Shown here: positions 24,231 to 35,800 of the stretch, piece after piece | Layout of the letters: every line of letters begins with the position of its first letter | How positions within the stretch are numbered: the first letter of the stretch is position 1 | Assembly (NCBI GenBank): GCA_008632985.1 | Contig: QPGO01000031.1 | Location: 372,001-436,000 of the forward strand | DNA: 64,000 nucleotides | Source of the DNA: Psammoneis japonica | Lineage: Eukaryota | Direction: 5' to 3' | Notes under the pieces: generated by a model | Told to the model about the DNA's origin: nothing | The model's database searches: none | Seen by the model: only the letters and a program-made list of their open reading frames with translations | Made by a program: the position numbers and the translations under genes

Positions 24231-24441
24231 GGTATTGTACAAGAACAACAAGGTTGTACAGGAACACCTGGAGATAAGCCGACGAGCGATCAAAACAATT
24301 TATCAAGCGGGAGGAAGACTTCATGCCAATGGCATACCAGCTGGAAAAGACGACTATGATACTAAAATGATTGCTCTGGCAACGCTTAACGCGTCAATAG
24401 CGAAAGTGAAATCACTCTGCCTATCTACAAAGGAAGGGTGA
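24001..24441 (+). CDS. Hypothetical helical protein
   Basis: 146-aa ORF from ATG, complete copy. Confidence 0.65.
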   Translation: MSDKQQEDSLRQLLEKQYLHAQEYCNSQTRYHQALGSSSGSAHTSSVEKRLNSDSLKQATMEMMECGDTVRSDLEELVLYKNNKVVQEHLEISRRAIKTIYQAGGRLHANGIPAGKDDYDTKMIALATLNASIAKVKSLCLSTKEG

Positions 24442-24510
24442 GAAGCCGAACAGAGAACTTGTTTTTCACAGACAAGTTGAAAGCTATTCTAAGATTATTT
24501 CCGGTAGTTT

Positions 24511-25476
24511 TTAAGTCCCGAAGACAACACACTTGTTCCCATAGACAATAATGCGATCCTCAATGTGAGCCTTGACTGCATGCACCAAAACGTTCTTTTC
24601 CAACGTACGACCCTTTCGTAGCAGATCATCCACTTCGTCCCTATGCGAAATACGCGTGATATCCTGTTCAATGATTGGTCCTTCATCGAGATCGGCAGTC
24701 GCATAGTGAGCAGTCGCACCAATCAACTTGACCCCACGTTCATGCGCACGATGATACGGCTTTCCACCCACAAAAGCAGGAAGAAACGAGTGATGAATGT
24801 TAATTACACGATTCTTGTAGGCGTCGCAAAAGTCGGAGGAAATGATTTGCATGTATCGAGCCAAAATCACGAGATCCACATTGTACTCGTTCTTGAGCAA
24901 ATCCAACTCCTTTTGCTCCTGTTCCGCTTTGGTATCCTTGGTAATCTTAAAGACATGAAACGGAATTTCAAAGGTTTCTGCAATTTTCTGCAAGTCGGGG
25001 TGGTTTGAAATGATGACGCTAATGCGACAGTCAAGTTCGCCAGCACGATGTCGCAGCAGCAACTCCCAAAGGCAGTGTTCGTATTTCGAAACCATAATGC
25101 CAATACGGGGCTTGTGATCATTCCAATTCAATTCATGATGCATTTGAAAACGATCAGAAACCTCCTTGATGCCGGTCTCGAGAGAAGTTCGGTCCGTGTG
25201 CATGTTGCTATAGTCGAAATGAATTCGCTGAAAAAAGAGGCTCATGGAATGATCTGTACTCTGTTCACTGTCAATAATGCCACATCCGTGGCCATAGAGA
25301 GTCTGAGCAAAGGCGGCGACAACGCCTTTGGCGTCCGGGCCTTGCACCCGAAGAATACCCTGCTTGTTTTGGTTTTCAACATCGTTCTGGGGTGAGCCAA
25401 GACTACCGTTGCTACTGCTATCATTACTAGACATGGCGAACAAGACAAAGGTTATCAAAGGAGCAATAGCAATCAT
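24511..25476 (-). CDS. purU: Formyltetrahydrofolate deformylase (start could be 25434)
   Basis: ACT-like GPDAKGVVA, LARYMQI, INIHHSFLPAFVGGKPYHRAHERGVKLIGATAHY, DLDEGPIIEQD. Confidence 0.95.
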   Translation of the reverse strand: MIAIAPLITFVLFAMSSNDSSSNGSLGSPQNDVENQNKQGILRVQGPDAKGVVAAFAQTLYGHGCGIIDSEQSTDHSMSLFFQRIHFDYSNMHTDRTSLETGIKEVSDRFQMHHELNWNDHKPRIGIMVSKYEHCLWELLLRHRAGELDCRISVIISNHPDLQKIAETFEIPFHVFKITKDTKAEQEQKELDLLKNEYNVDLVILARYMQIISSDFCDAYKNRVINIHHSFLPAFVGGKPYHRAHERGVKLIGATAHYATADLDEGPIIEQDITRISHRDEVDDLLRKGRTLEKNVLVHAVKAHIEDRIIVYGNKCVVFGT

Positions 25477-25649
25477 TGTCACCACTCTCGGTCATCGAAC
25501 AGTGATGTTCTACGTATTTTTTCCATATTTGATGTTGTATCCGATCTTCTCTCTTTGTGATCGAAGTTGAAGTAAAACGTCACGGTGCGCGCATGCCCGC
25601 CTCTCAAATTTCAAAATCCAACGCTTACGTAGCATGACGCCCGCGACCC

Positions 25650-28300
25650 GCGACCCGCGATGAATGATGGGACCGACGCTGAATTGGCATGGCCTTTCCT
25701 GAGCTGGCAGTTGCAGAAACATCAGCCATTTGTCTGGTTAATGTTCCATGCATCTAAACTTGCATTGCAAGACTCCAAACATTCAGAGTGGCAGCGGTGC
25801 TTTGCAAGTGCTTTTGTCATGTGTCCCATTTCCCGCAGCTTTTGATCGTTTGTCATCAATGCGCCAATTCTTTTTTTCCTTTTCCATTCTCATCCAACTG
25901 TTTGCTTGGTCAACAAGAGAAGGGAGAGCATTTGTCTGACTTGTGACCTGCAAGATGGTCGCCAACATGTCTCTTGCACCAGGCAGCAGATGCAGCAGCA
26001 TTGGCGAGTGCTCAAGCCGATGTTTTGGTTCGAAGCTTCACCACAGGCACTGCCGCTGTCTCTTGTGGATGAACTTTGATGCTTCCAAAGAATCAGCTTG
26101 GTCACAATGCCTTTGTCTTGTTCAAGGTGTGGCAGACGACCGTCCCCCAGGGGGTGATCCAGAGCTTTGGATGAGCCAAGCTTGACACACTCGACGTCAC
26201 ACAAAATCATGTTGTGTCCTTTTTTTGCAGCCGCATTTAATGTGTTGGTCAATCTCTTTAGAGAAGTTGTGATGGTCCAAGTGTTCCTGGCACTGGGATC
26301 CAGAGTGGCCTCTCCCAGTCCAGTGGGTGCCAGGCAGAAACTCTCAAGGCAGCAGGTGTGTGGGACAGTCGCTCTGCACAGTGCAAGCATTGGCCTTTGC
26401 AAACAATGACCACACAGGTGCAATGGGGCAAGGATTTTTCAGACAAGAGATCAGCTTGGTTGATGCTGGGTTGAAGGTCAACTGAAAGGTGTGAGCAAAA
26501 AAGGTTGGTTGCAGTTTGGCATCAAAAAAAGTCATTTTGTCGGGATGGACACCACAGCTGTCGACTGCCAACAGGCCGTCATGACAGTCATCAATTTTCA
26601 GAGCTCCTCTTTGCCCTTGCTCTGCTTGTTGAGCTGCTTGCTCACTTTTCAAGAATGTTGGCTCACTGCCTTCCTTGCGGGACACGCAAACATTTGCCAC
26701 AAAGGCCTTGGCCTGGGCAAGACAATCTTCCTCAGTCATGTCAGGAGGACCTTTCAAGCGGAGGTCCCAGTCTCTTGTTTGTTTGGTTTCCAGAGAATGA
26801 TGTTCTCCAGGAGCCATTGTGGAAAGCAATCTTCTATTTCCCAGTCCACTGCACTGGCACCAGCAGCCTTGTTTGCTGAAAATTGGAGCAGCGATGACTT
26901 TCCAGAATGGAGTGGCTGGCCAACCCGTGATTGTGCTCTTCAAGGTTCTTGCAAAAGGCATCATCCCTGGTGTGCATCTTTTGGGTGGTGAAGCTGCAAC
27001 CAGCAGCAAGGGTCAGCTTTGAGAAGTCCCAGGTGCAAACGGGTCCAGTGTCGGCAAGGTGACAGAGTGCATCGGTGCCGCACTGGCCCTTGCCAATCAG
27101 GACTCGAGATGCTGAATTTTTGCCACCCTGTGCCACTCACTTGTTGTTGGCTTTCTGGAGCTGCTGAGCATGGTTGCATGTAACTTCTTGGGAAATGTCG
27201 GAGGTTCAAAGGCGGTGATGCTAAAGAGCATCAGCAAATCAGGGTGGTTTGGCATTTCTGGCTTTGTGGAGGTGAGGCACTGCGGCAACAGAAACAGCAA
27301 AGAACGTCTTCTCCTCTTTCAATTGCATTAAAAGGGGTGCAAGTGCAACATCACTTAGCTGCTGCCCATCAAAGTCTGACAAGTCTCGTCGTTCAAACTC
27401 AAAGCTCATCTGTCACGTGTCTTTCGTTCGACGCACAACATCGAAACATGCGATGATGGGAGCAGATGCATGTTTGAGCGCTGACAAAGTGGTTTTGCTT
27501 TCCGTCACAAGTGCGAGCCGAAGCAAGGTCACGGTTGAGAACAAGCACAATCCGACATCGTCGTAAAATGCTGATTGGATCCCGAAAATTTCACACCCCG
27601 TGGCCGCCAATGCTGTCGAGTGAGTGACACATCCATGAAATTACACAAAGACTGCCACGTTTGCAAATGACGAAGCCGCAGAGACGACACCACGCTTGCA
27701 TTGAGGACAACTGCAGGTGAGCAGAAATGACTTTGGATTGTCGACTGTGCAGCAGCAGAGGTCTCGGTGATCTTTCAGCTTTGGAGCAGCACTGCCAAGA
27801 CAAGCATGGGCGACATGCATGCCAGATGTGTCGCAAAGACTTTGGTTCCAGTCAAGCTCTGGACCAGCACAAGTCGTCCACAAACACGGCAGCAAACCAA
27901 GTGGACAGCCAGCAGCAATCAAGAGTCACGACCACGAGGTGCCCTGCCCAGGAATTCAAGGACACTGGATGAGACGAAACGCGTTTCTAAAAGCGTTTTC
28001 GGACAAGCGCAAGTCGTTTGGCCGTCACTGCTGCCACAAATGCCGAAAGGAATGGGGCTCAGCTCACGCCTTTGCCCAATGCCATCAAGGATGCCAACGC
28101 TGTGAACTTAAATCATTTCCGTGTTGCCTGTGGGTCAATGCAGGGTATCGGGACTCTCGAAAAGCGGCGGTGGACGAGGAGGAAGCTCCTCATGACAGTG
28201 CACACTGTGGTGCTTGCCGGGCTGGTGTGTGTTGCCGGATGGAGGGCCACTTCTAGCATTTCGACTGAGGGTCGGGCAGCAAAAGAAATCAAAGTCATCA
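25650..28300. other. TpA-depleted block B containing degraded genes
   Basis: TA nearly absent; CpG partly retained, especially 27.3-28.3 kb. Confidence 0.85.
27727..28256 (+). pseudogene. C2H2 zinc fingers plus 3CxxC-type zinc domain, frameshifted and hypermutated
   Basis: CRLC..LEQHCQDKH, CQMCRKDFGSSQALDQH; second frame FGRHCCHKCRKEWGSAH..QGCQRC..PHDSAHCGAC. Confidence 0.7.
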
Positions 28301-28677
28301 TAAATCTCTTGCAACAGTCATCAAATGATCGGTTGTGTTCCACTTTTTCAAATTTATGAAGCCTCGTGGGTGCGGCTTCAGTGGTGCAAGAGGACTCGCC
28401 ACCTGTCTGTAAGATTTGGATTCAGACGGGGAATGGAGATGGCCTCTGAACATTGGCGTCGACTTCTGTTGGGAATTCAGCACAGGCTGTTCCCACCAAC
28501 TGGTTGCATGAGGTTCCAATCTAGTGGACGGCTGTGGAGGGATCGACGCTGTGCGCTGAATGCCGAAACAAGAAACCGAGGCTGAAATCGAGAAAGTGCC
28601 AATCACATTTCATTCACAGGCCGGAACCGTCACCAAGATGCACCTGTAGATGACAATGAGAAATCACAACTAGAACG

Positions 28678-29061
28678 TCATATTCCGTCTCCTCCAAGAT
28701 CTTCAAAGGTTTTGCTCCACCGGGCCTGTTCGCGCTTGAGATTCTCCAACACAAACTTTTCGCCTTGCTGGGCTTGATGATCCTCGTGCCAGTCTTCAAC
28801 ACGTCGGTGCCCTGATTGTGCTTGAACAGATGATGCTTCGTCATTCATGACGGTTTCTTGAGAAATGTCGTCATCATCCACTGGCATGTGATGGGGTGGA
28901 TCTCCACTTCTCATCGGCATTGACGATGCGCGCTTTCGACCATGGCATCCAAGAACAAAACTTGCAGCGCATTGATCAAGCAACAGCAAGTACAGCAGCA
29001 CCACAAATCTTCTGCAAGCTGGGGTCCTCCTATTTTCAACAGCTGATAACATCCTTCTCAT
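28678..29061 (-). CDS. Small hypothetical protein with signal peptide / plastid-type presequence
   Basis: Hydrophobic stretch then CAASFVLG; acidic C-terminus. Confidence 0.55.
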   Translation of the reverse strand: MRRMLSAVENRRTPACRRFVVLLYLLLLDQCAASFVLGCHGRKRASSMPMRSGDPPHHMPVDDDDISQETVMNDEASSVQAQSGHRRVEDWHEDHQAQQGEKFVLENLKREQARWSKTFEDLGGDGI

Positions 29062-29235
29062 CTCGTTATCATTATGTTGCGTCCATTGAGAAGCGTTTTT
29101 ATCAATGGTTAGGGGAACTCTACAGTAGCGTGAAGCGTGCGCAAAGAGAAAGAATCATCATCCAGATTCAAGATTCAAGATCTTCCAAGTTCTGCAGTCT
29201 GGAAGTCATTCGCGCGATGATGCTGCACACGACGC

Positions 29236-30730
29236 CGAACTGCGGAAAAGTGCGCATTGGCGTTTGGTTTTGGTTTACGAAATGTAACTTCTACAAAGTT
29301 TGTTATTCAAATCCTCATTCTATAGTCTATAATAGTGCCACTTTGAGCAGCGTTTGTCAAACCACACAAAAGCGGGTCTACAAAGAAAGAGAGAATTCAA
29401 TGTGGCTTTTCACCCGTGCTTTTCCAGCCACTCACAATTTCATTGAAAGCATGATGTCAATCACCATGATTCAAAGAGGCGCTGCACTTGCTAGCAAAAG
29501 AATATGGGCACAGACATGGACTGCGCCTTCAGCAGAGATGCGTCATTGTATCTCTACTCCTTCGTCAGTCTTTCGATTGCAGCGCAAAACAATATTTACA
29601 TCTTTATTGAAGAAAGAGATCTTGGCGACACCTTCGCTGAAGAAGGATAAGGAGCTAGCCGATATCTTGCGCGAAGCAGCGGCTAATAAAGAAGCTTCCT
29701 TTTGTCCCCACAAGATTGGTAGAAGTGGAGAGATTGTATTGGAGCGTGTTTTGAAAGAGTCAAACATCGGGTCTCGTTCATACACATTGAAACCCACACT
29801 TTCCAACGGAAAGATGCCAGATGCAATCCTGCACACCCGTGTTTTTGGCAATATTTGCATTGATTCTAAGTTCATAGTGAAGCCTTACAAAAAACTGTTG
29901 GACGCCAAGAAAACCAAGGACCCGAACATGATCGAAGAAGCGCTTAGCGGTTTGGAAAGAGCAATAAAAAGCCGTGCCAAGATACTTGCAAAGAAGTACA
30001 TTACAGATAAGAAAGGCGAAACGGCAGAAAGGGTCTTCATGTTTCTTCCTTCTGAATCCATTTTTCAGGAAATTGCTCGACTCAATCTAGTCGTTGAGAA
30101 TGTTGTCATAATCTCATCAGCTACATTGAAGTAGCTTCTTTCGATACTGCTGAGAATGTGGCTAAGGTTGCAAGGGGGTATTCTTTAATCCCAGAAACAT
30201 AAAGAAATAGAACTTCCCTACGAACCTCCAAATAATGTAGAACACGGACACTTTCCAACTGACTGCCGTTACCATGTACGCCAAGGGCGACGCGACGGCC
30301 GTTGCCAGCAACTCTTCACGAGCATTGACGGCCATTGCCAGATTCTTGTTCTTGGGCTTGGTATCGATGAAAAAAAAACCCATCCGAAGCGCAAACAATG
30401 GTTCCAATCATACGTACTCCAGAACCAGGAGGAGCCATGTTCTCGTTGCACGTATGCACGCACAGGCTCGTCGATGACTGGCGCTTCGCATCCTCTGGAC
30501 AGACTTGCAGTCGATTATCACCCATGATGCCAAAAACCGAGCGGTGGCAGCAATCGCGCTGGACCGGAAACTGTGGAGAGCAGCGAGACCCTGGGGTCAG
30601 TTCTTCTCCACAAATGAAGCAAAGCATGCCATTATCGTCTTCATCATTGTGTAAAGGACAACTCAATGCACGAATGACGCCAGTTGTGTTCAGTCGGCGA
30701 TCGCTGTTTTCCATACGAACCTCAAAATTC
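29236..30730. repeat. Left arm of a diverged inverted duplication (partner ~53028-55362)
   Basis: cgaactgcggaaaagtgcgcattggcgtttgg is the reverse complement of the stretch ending at 55362; homology runs through RmuC and RBR remnants. Confidence 0.92.
29400..30134 (+). CDS. rmuC: RmuC-like PD-(D/E)XK nuclease domain protein, copy 1 (C-terminus cut by TAG)
   Basis: GEIVLERVL, PDAIL, IDSKF, KKYI, VFMFLPSE motifs of the RmuC family. Confidence 0.7.
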   Translation: MWLFTRAFPATHNFIESMMSITMIQRGAALASKRIWAQTWTAPSAEMRHCISTPSSVFRLQRKTIFTSLLKKEILATPSLKKDKELADILREAAANKEASFCPHKIGRSGEIVLERVLKESNIGSRSYTLKPTLSNGKMPDAILHTRVFGNICIDSKFIVKPYKKLLDAKKTKDPNMIEEALSGLERAIKSRAKILAKKYITDKKGETAERVFMFLPSESIFQEIARLNLVVENVVIISSATLK

Positions 30731-30810
30731 GTAATTGTAGTTCGCGACCGGACCGACTGGGCGATTGCCTCCATCGCGTCGTTTTGGTCCAGCTGCACAA
30801 ACAAATCCAA
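30270..30810 (-). pseudogene. RING/RBR E3 ligase remnant
   Basis: CFICGEEL, LQVCPE; homologous to 53.0-54.3 kb with internal deletions. Confidence 0.55.
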
Positions 30811-30845
30811 GTACTACCTTCAAGCGCTGTTGAATTGTCTGTTGA

Positions 30846-32111
30846 CTATGGCTTGCTCAATCGGTTCCAACTACCTCCATAGTCTCCATCGACATGACAA
30901 CTGACGCCTCGACAATAATTCTTACGCACAAACCGTTTTGGGAGACGATTGGCAAGGAAGGTGACGAGTCTAGATGACATGGGCAGGGCAAAGAACAATC
31001 GAGGCAACCCAGGAATGCGAAGGGTCCATCCAAACCAAAACAAGAGCACATCAATGTTGGCACTCGCTCCCAAATCCTTTCCATATCCCAAGGCAAACAG
31101 ACGGTCGATATAGGGCGATATTTTTCCAATGCGATTGTGCTTGAGAAGTTGTGGGACGTGTGGCCGTAACAACGGGAGATGCGGCCCAATCACGTCCAGT
31201 CTTGAAACGTAATATTCCAAATAAGGAAGCAACTGCTCGGCAAGAGCGTATGAAGAGTACTCATCGCTAATGTTCGTGCTGTTGTTCTTGCTAATGCTAT
31301 CCTTTGCCATCTCGCTCTCGTCTGTATCCGCGTATAACAATAGCGAATCAATGTGCTTCAACAGCAAGCCCGTATATGGAGCCAATGTGTCAATATGATC
31401 TAGAATCCATGGCAAATGAGGCTCAATATCGTCAAAGCGTTCCAAAATTTCTGGCAGATACGGTTCAATCGAGGCCAGGTGCTGGCGATTGTTGAGCACT
31501 CGTTCCAAAATGGGCGCCACGTGATCTTCCAGTCTGTCGAGCCTTGCGAGTATGGCGGGTACATGTGGTACAAGCTTTGGGGTGGATGGGTCGACGAGAT
31601 GCTTCATTTGCTGTGGGTTCTTGACCAGCCCAGATACAATGCGTGCACCCGTCGCCGTTTGCACCGCCATGTACTGTCCCACCGAGTTCCATTTCTGATT
31701 CTTTGGACCAATTTTACCGTGGACTCGGCCTAGTTTACGCAAAAGCACGTCGGTACTCTTGGAAAAGGTAGCAACAGGGTGCTGCAGCAGCGCCTGGATC
31801 GGCCCTACTTCAAAGTTAGACTCGGGATTTGAACAGCAGGCGATCTGTCTTTCGAGCTCCTGAAGTTCCATTTGCTGCTTTACAATGGCAGACCTGAGCT
31901 TACCTGCTCTGGCACGCATAGCATCGAGATTTGTGCTGTTGCTGCTGAGATCAACATCCGATGAGGGTTGCGCTACAGTTGTCGAGTACAACAACCCATC
32001 ATTCTTGCGCGGACTGCGAGAGAAGCCCGGGACAGAAAAGCAAGTCACGACGTCTTGGAAACAGAGAGGAAAAAGGAAGAGCAATCCAGCGAAATGAATA
32101 GAGCGCTTCAT
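30846..32111 (-). CDS. Hypothetical, probably plastid-targeted protein with coiled coil and Leu/Pro/His helical repeats
   Basis: 421-aa ORF; signal peptide ending VTC-FSVP; repeated (I/L)xP(H/Y)LP units. Confidence 0.8.
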   Translation of the reverse strand: MKRSIHFAGLLFLFPLCFQDVVTCFSVPGFSRSPRKNDGLLYSTTVAQPSSDVDLSSNSTNLDAMRARAGKLRSAIVKQQMELQELERQIACCSNPESNFEVGPIQALLQHPVATFSKSTDVLLRKLGRVHGKIGPKNQKWNSVGQYMAVQTATGARIVSGLVKNPQQMKHLVDPSTPKLVPHVPAILARLDRLEDHVAPILERVLNNRQHLASIEPYLPEILERFDDIEPHLPWILDHIDTLAPYTGLLLKHIDSLLLYADTDESEMAKDSISKNNSTNISDEYSSYALAEQLLPYLEYYVSRLDVIGPHLPLLRPHVPQLLKHNRIGKISPYIDRLFALGYGKDLGASANIDVLLFWFGWTLRIPGLPRLFFALPMSSRLVTFLANRLPKRFVRKNYCRGVSCHVDGDYGGSWNRLSKP

Positions 32112-32886
32112 TCTCGTCTTTCAAACGGTGCACTGAAGTTCAATGCAAATACAGAGAGAGAAAATGACAGCTGATAGCTTGCCGGTCAAGCCACTTGAAG
32201 CCTTCCTATTTATTTTTCTATCCTATCCTGCCTTTTTTCTATCCCACCTTTTTTCTATCCTAACTGGCGATATTTTCTATCCATAATTGAAAGCATGTGT
32301 ATCACTTCCATACGTAGAATTAATACCAGTGCATACGGCATTCTTAACGGTGCAGATAGATAATTAACATAAATGACATGTAGATCATATACAAAAATTG
32401 CTGACTCCCGCGACTGCAGCGACCGCAGCCGCGACCAGAGCACTCAGACGAACGCAGCACAATGGCGTGTTTTCACGGCGCCGTACTACGCCGTTACGAC
32501 AAAGATTTGGCTCACGACAAGTTGGGAATGTGTTATATATAATACGACGTATATGATTATTGCTTGAAATGTTGCTATATGGTTGACAACCATCACGAGT
32601 AGCGCAGTCAACAATGATGTACTCTACCGGTATGATTGAAGGTCCACATTTCTGCTGGTATACTACATTGCTTCAATCGAAGTTGTTGCAGCTCGGTTTG
32701 AGCGATACATTGTCGAGTAAAATCTTTAGTTATTGACGAACTCAGGCTCAATTCATTGTGGATGCCTTTGTTTGGCTTGTGGCAGTAAGTACTTGTCATT
32801 GAATGCACTGTCTGTTTTGAATTAATTATCTCAACTCACCGAATGCATCGTTCCATAAACCAGGGATTTCAAAAGTTATCTAGTGA

Positions 32887-35800
32887 TTAGTCTTCCATGC
32901 GGATCAAAGCGCCGGGTGTTTTCTTTGGCCGGCCAGGCTTACGTTTTTGTCCATTAGCAAAGGTTGCGGCTGCAGGAGGGATGTCCTGGTTACCATATCC
33001 TTCGAGAATGTTGTGGTTCGTGTGCGTCATGAAGAATATGTGGGGACAGAATCCATACTGCAGAGCCTTACGACACGTGCATCGCCATTTGTATACAACG
33101 TTTTGGTCGCGATATTTGTGCTGAACTCGGAATGGTTCGCACTCCTGAATACCTTCAAAGTTTGCATCTAAGGGAGTGACGACGGCGAATGATCGTTGGT
33201 ATTCATGAAGTTCGTCCACTGCTTTTCCCCATGCCAGCCTCCATTTCTTTGGGTCAACATGGTCTGGAAGGGTGCGTAAGCCATTGGCCTCCATGTATAT
33301 TTGTTTTGCACCTCTTGTCGCCATTGCACGAAGTTGTTCTTCAGTTGCCTTGGTCACTTGCTTGTATTTCTTGTACCACAGTTTCACTTGCGCCTTCTTT
33401 GTGTCGCACCCTTTACGCGGAATGGGGGGGTCAACTTCACCTGTTGTTTGCTGATGAAGATACAGTAACTCATGGTCGCCACTGAGCATGTACACTTTGG
33501 AGTCCATGCCGCGTCCCTCCTGTAAAACAACCCCTCCTTGGCGTAGGTACTGCAGGCCTGGAGTGGGATCGTGTCCGAGAAATTGCATTCCAACACGTAA
33601 GTCCTCTGCATGTCTTGATGTCGGGATTCTTTCGCTACCGTATGGGACTGGAAGATAACTAACACCATGCATCAGGCATTCTTTTTCTGTATATTCTTTT
33701 CCATAGTCCATCAGGAAGCTCAAATTTCCTGCTACGGTTTGGCGTCGACGTTCCATGCCTTCCTTTAGGAGTTTGTTGTGAGCCTCATCAGAATTGGTGT
33801 TGTCAGGCAAACCAAAGTGGAGGTCAGTCGGGTCGTTTGTTGTATTGACTAACTCACCGCTGTGGCTGTCGCAGCAACTGTTGGTCACATCAAGTAAGTC
33901 CGAATAACGCCAGGTGCCATGAGATCCATTATTCGTGCAACGGGCAAATGTAGTCTTGATGTACTCAGCGAAATTGGCAAATGATCCTGGCACACCAGGG
34001 ACATCTCCGTGCTCCAGGTCGGATACGAGCTTCTCAAACAGAAGAGTCGAAAGAGAGCGAGAGGTAACGAACTTTACCTCGTACAGAGAATCCTTGACGT
34101 AGTTGTACAATTTTTGTCTAACCTTCTTGAGTTCTTCTTTCCGTTTCTCTTTGTCAGAGATGCGTTGAAATCGGGGTTCCTGTATTGTGATTGGACAATA
34201 CTGCGTATGCTCGGTTCCGTCCATGACTTTTCCCAAATGTCGGAGCAAATGAGCCCAGCAGTCGTTGTGATTATAGATCATTGCAGGTACCGCAGCACCT
34301 AGCCCATTCGGTATTGCCTTGTCACCGTCCGAGTTGGACGTAAATACGAGTCCCTTGGTGTCCCACCGAAATGTCGAGTGCACAGATCCATCTTGAGGTT
34401 GTGGAATCAGTTCAGGGAAATAGGAAGCTGAATCGGTAATCTTGCGTCGGGTGTCTTCCGACAGTCGGGATCGATATCGTTGCGACTGCATCGTGACAAA
34501 GTCGTCGTTGCACCGTTGCTCCAGTGCTACCTCGTCAGCGTCGAACGAAAATGGCTTGTCCATGGTACACGGTGGAACAGGAGATGGAAGGTTGAACGGC
34601 AGTTCCGTTATGTTGCCAGGTAGCTCACTGTTTGGCAGAGAACAAATGTATTCGGACACATTACGGACTGCACGTGTTGCAAAGCAGTAGTCGCCGCCAT
34701 CTTCCGTACATGTGACGAGGAAACCAAGGATCTTTGCTGACAGGGTCGCGTCATTCACAAAAACGATAAGGATACGGAAGCCAGCGCAAACAAAGGTCTT
34801 GTGTGTTGTGTCAGCGGACAACACTATCCGTGAATGGACATCTCCACGACTCGCAATGGCTGGTACAAAAGAGGCCATTGCAACATTTGTAACGAAGACG
34901 CGACAAATGTGGCGTGGCTTCCATTTCTTGTTACTATCATTGCGCTCCAGTGGTGGCTCTGTCTTGTCGATCTTCATGTCTATACCCGCAACAAACATGT
35001 CGTGCTCGTTGAATTCCTCGCCTTTGCGGGCGACAACTTCATCAAAGGTGTGTCGTCTTGCAAACTCTTGGATGTCTTTGAAATTGTCGTTGAATACCTT
35101 GTCGGCTTCTGCGTCAATCTTTGACAGCACTGTTCTCCTGCAGCTTTCTATCTGGCTAGCAAGAACGTTCCATTCAGCCTGCGACAGTTTCCATCGTTTT
35201 TCAGAAGAGGTGGCGGATCGCGGGCACAGCGCCATGCGTATTTTCAAGTCACTGCCTGACAATGCTGGATATTTTCGCATTGTTGCGTCTATGTATTCCT
35301 GCATGTCGATTGGCAGCTGATCCTTTTTTCCTGGCTTCGTCGGCACACGCATGTGTTGGAATGTGCTGTGACTTTCCAACGATGGGAACGACCCGTCGTG
35401 TGTCAGGGGCATGCCATGCGCGCTGCCGAGAGTGTACCACTGTACAGACACTACATTTGTTCCGACAACGTGGTATGCTCTGATCTTGCAGTTACAGTCA
35501 CCTTTGTAGACATACTGGCAACCAAACTTTTCTTCCCGTGTGCCGTTGGCTAATCGCTTGGCACTCCTTTGTACATCAATTCTTTTCCAGTTGCCGGGAG
35601 GTTGCGTTTGAATAAACTGAATGGCAGACTCGAAAGTCACATCGACGTGAGAAGACCGTGTGTCAAATTGGAACTCCTTGACGGTGACCCAACACTCTTC
35701 CTGTTTCACTTTTCCCTTGAATCGACCTGAATCAGCTGGACCCCTCGGTTTGCACTTGCAGTCGAGCTTGCCACACTCCGTGAGGCGGGAATTGTTGGAA

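Noticed and set aside
25890..27140. Specific identity for the minus-strand relic in block B
   Set aside because: Looks like degraded coding DNA but has no motif I can assign.
28896..29399. N-terminal extension of the 412-aa ORF
   Set aside because: Overlaps the opposite-strand 28678-29061 gene and is not kept open in the inverted copy; the real start is at 29400 or later.
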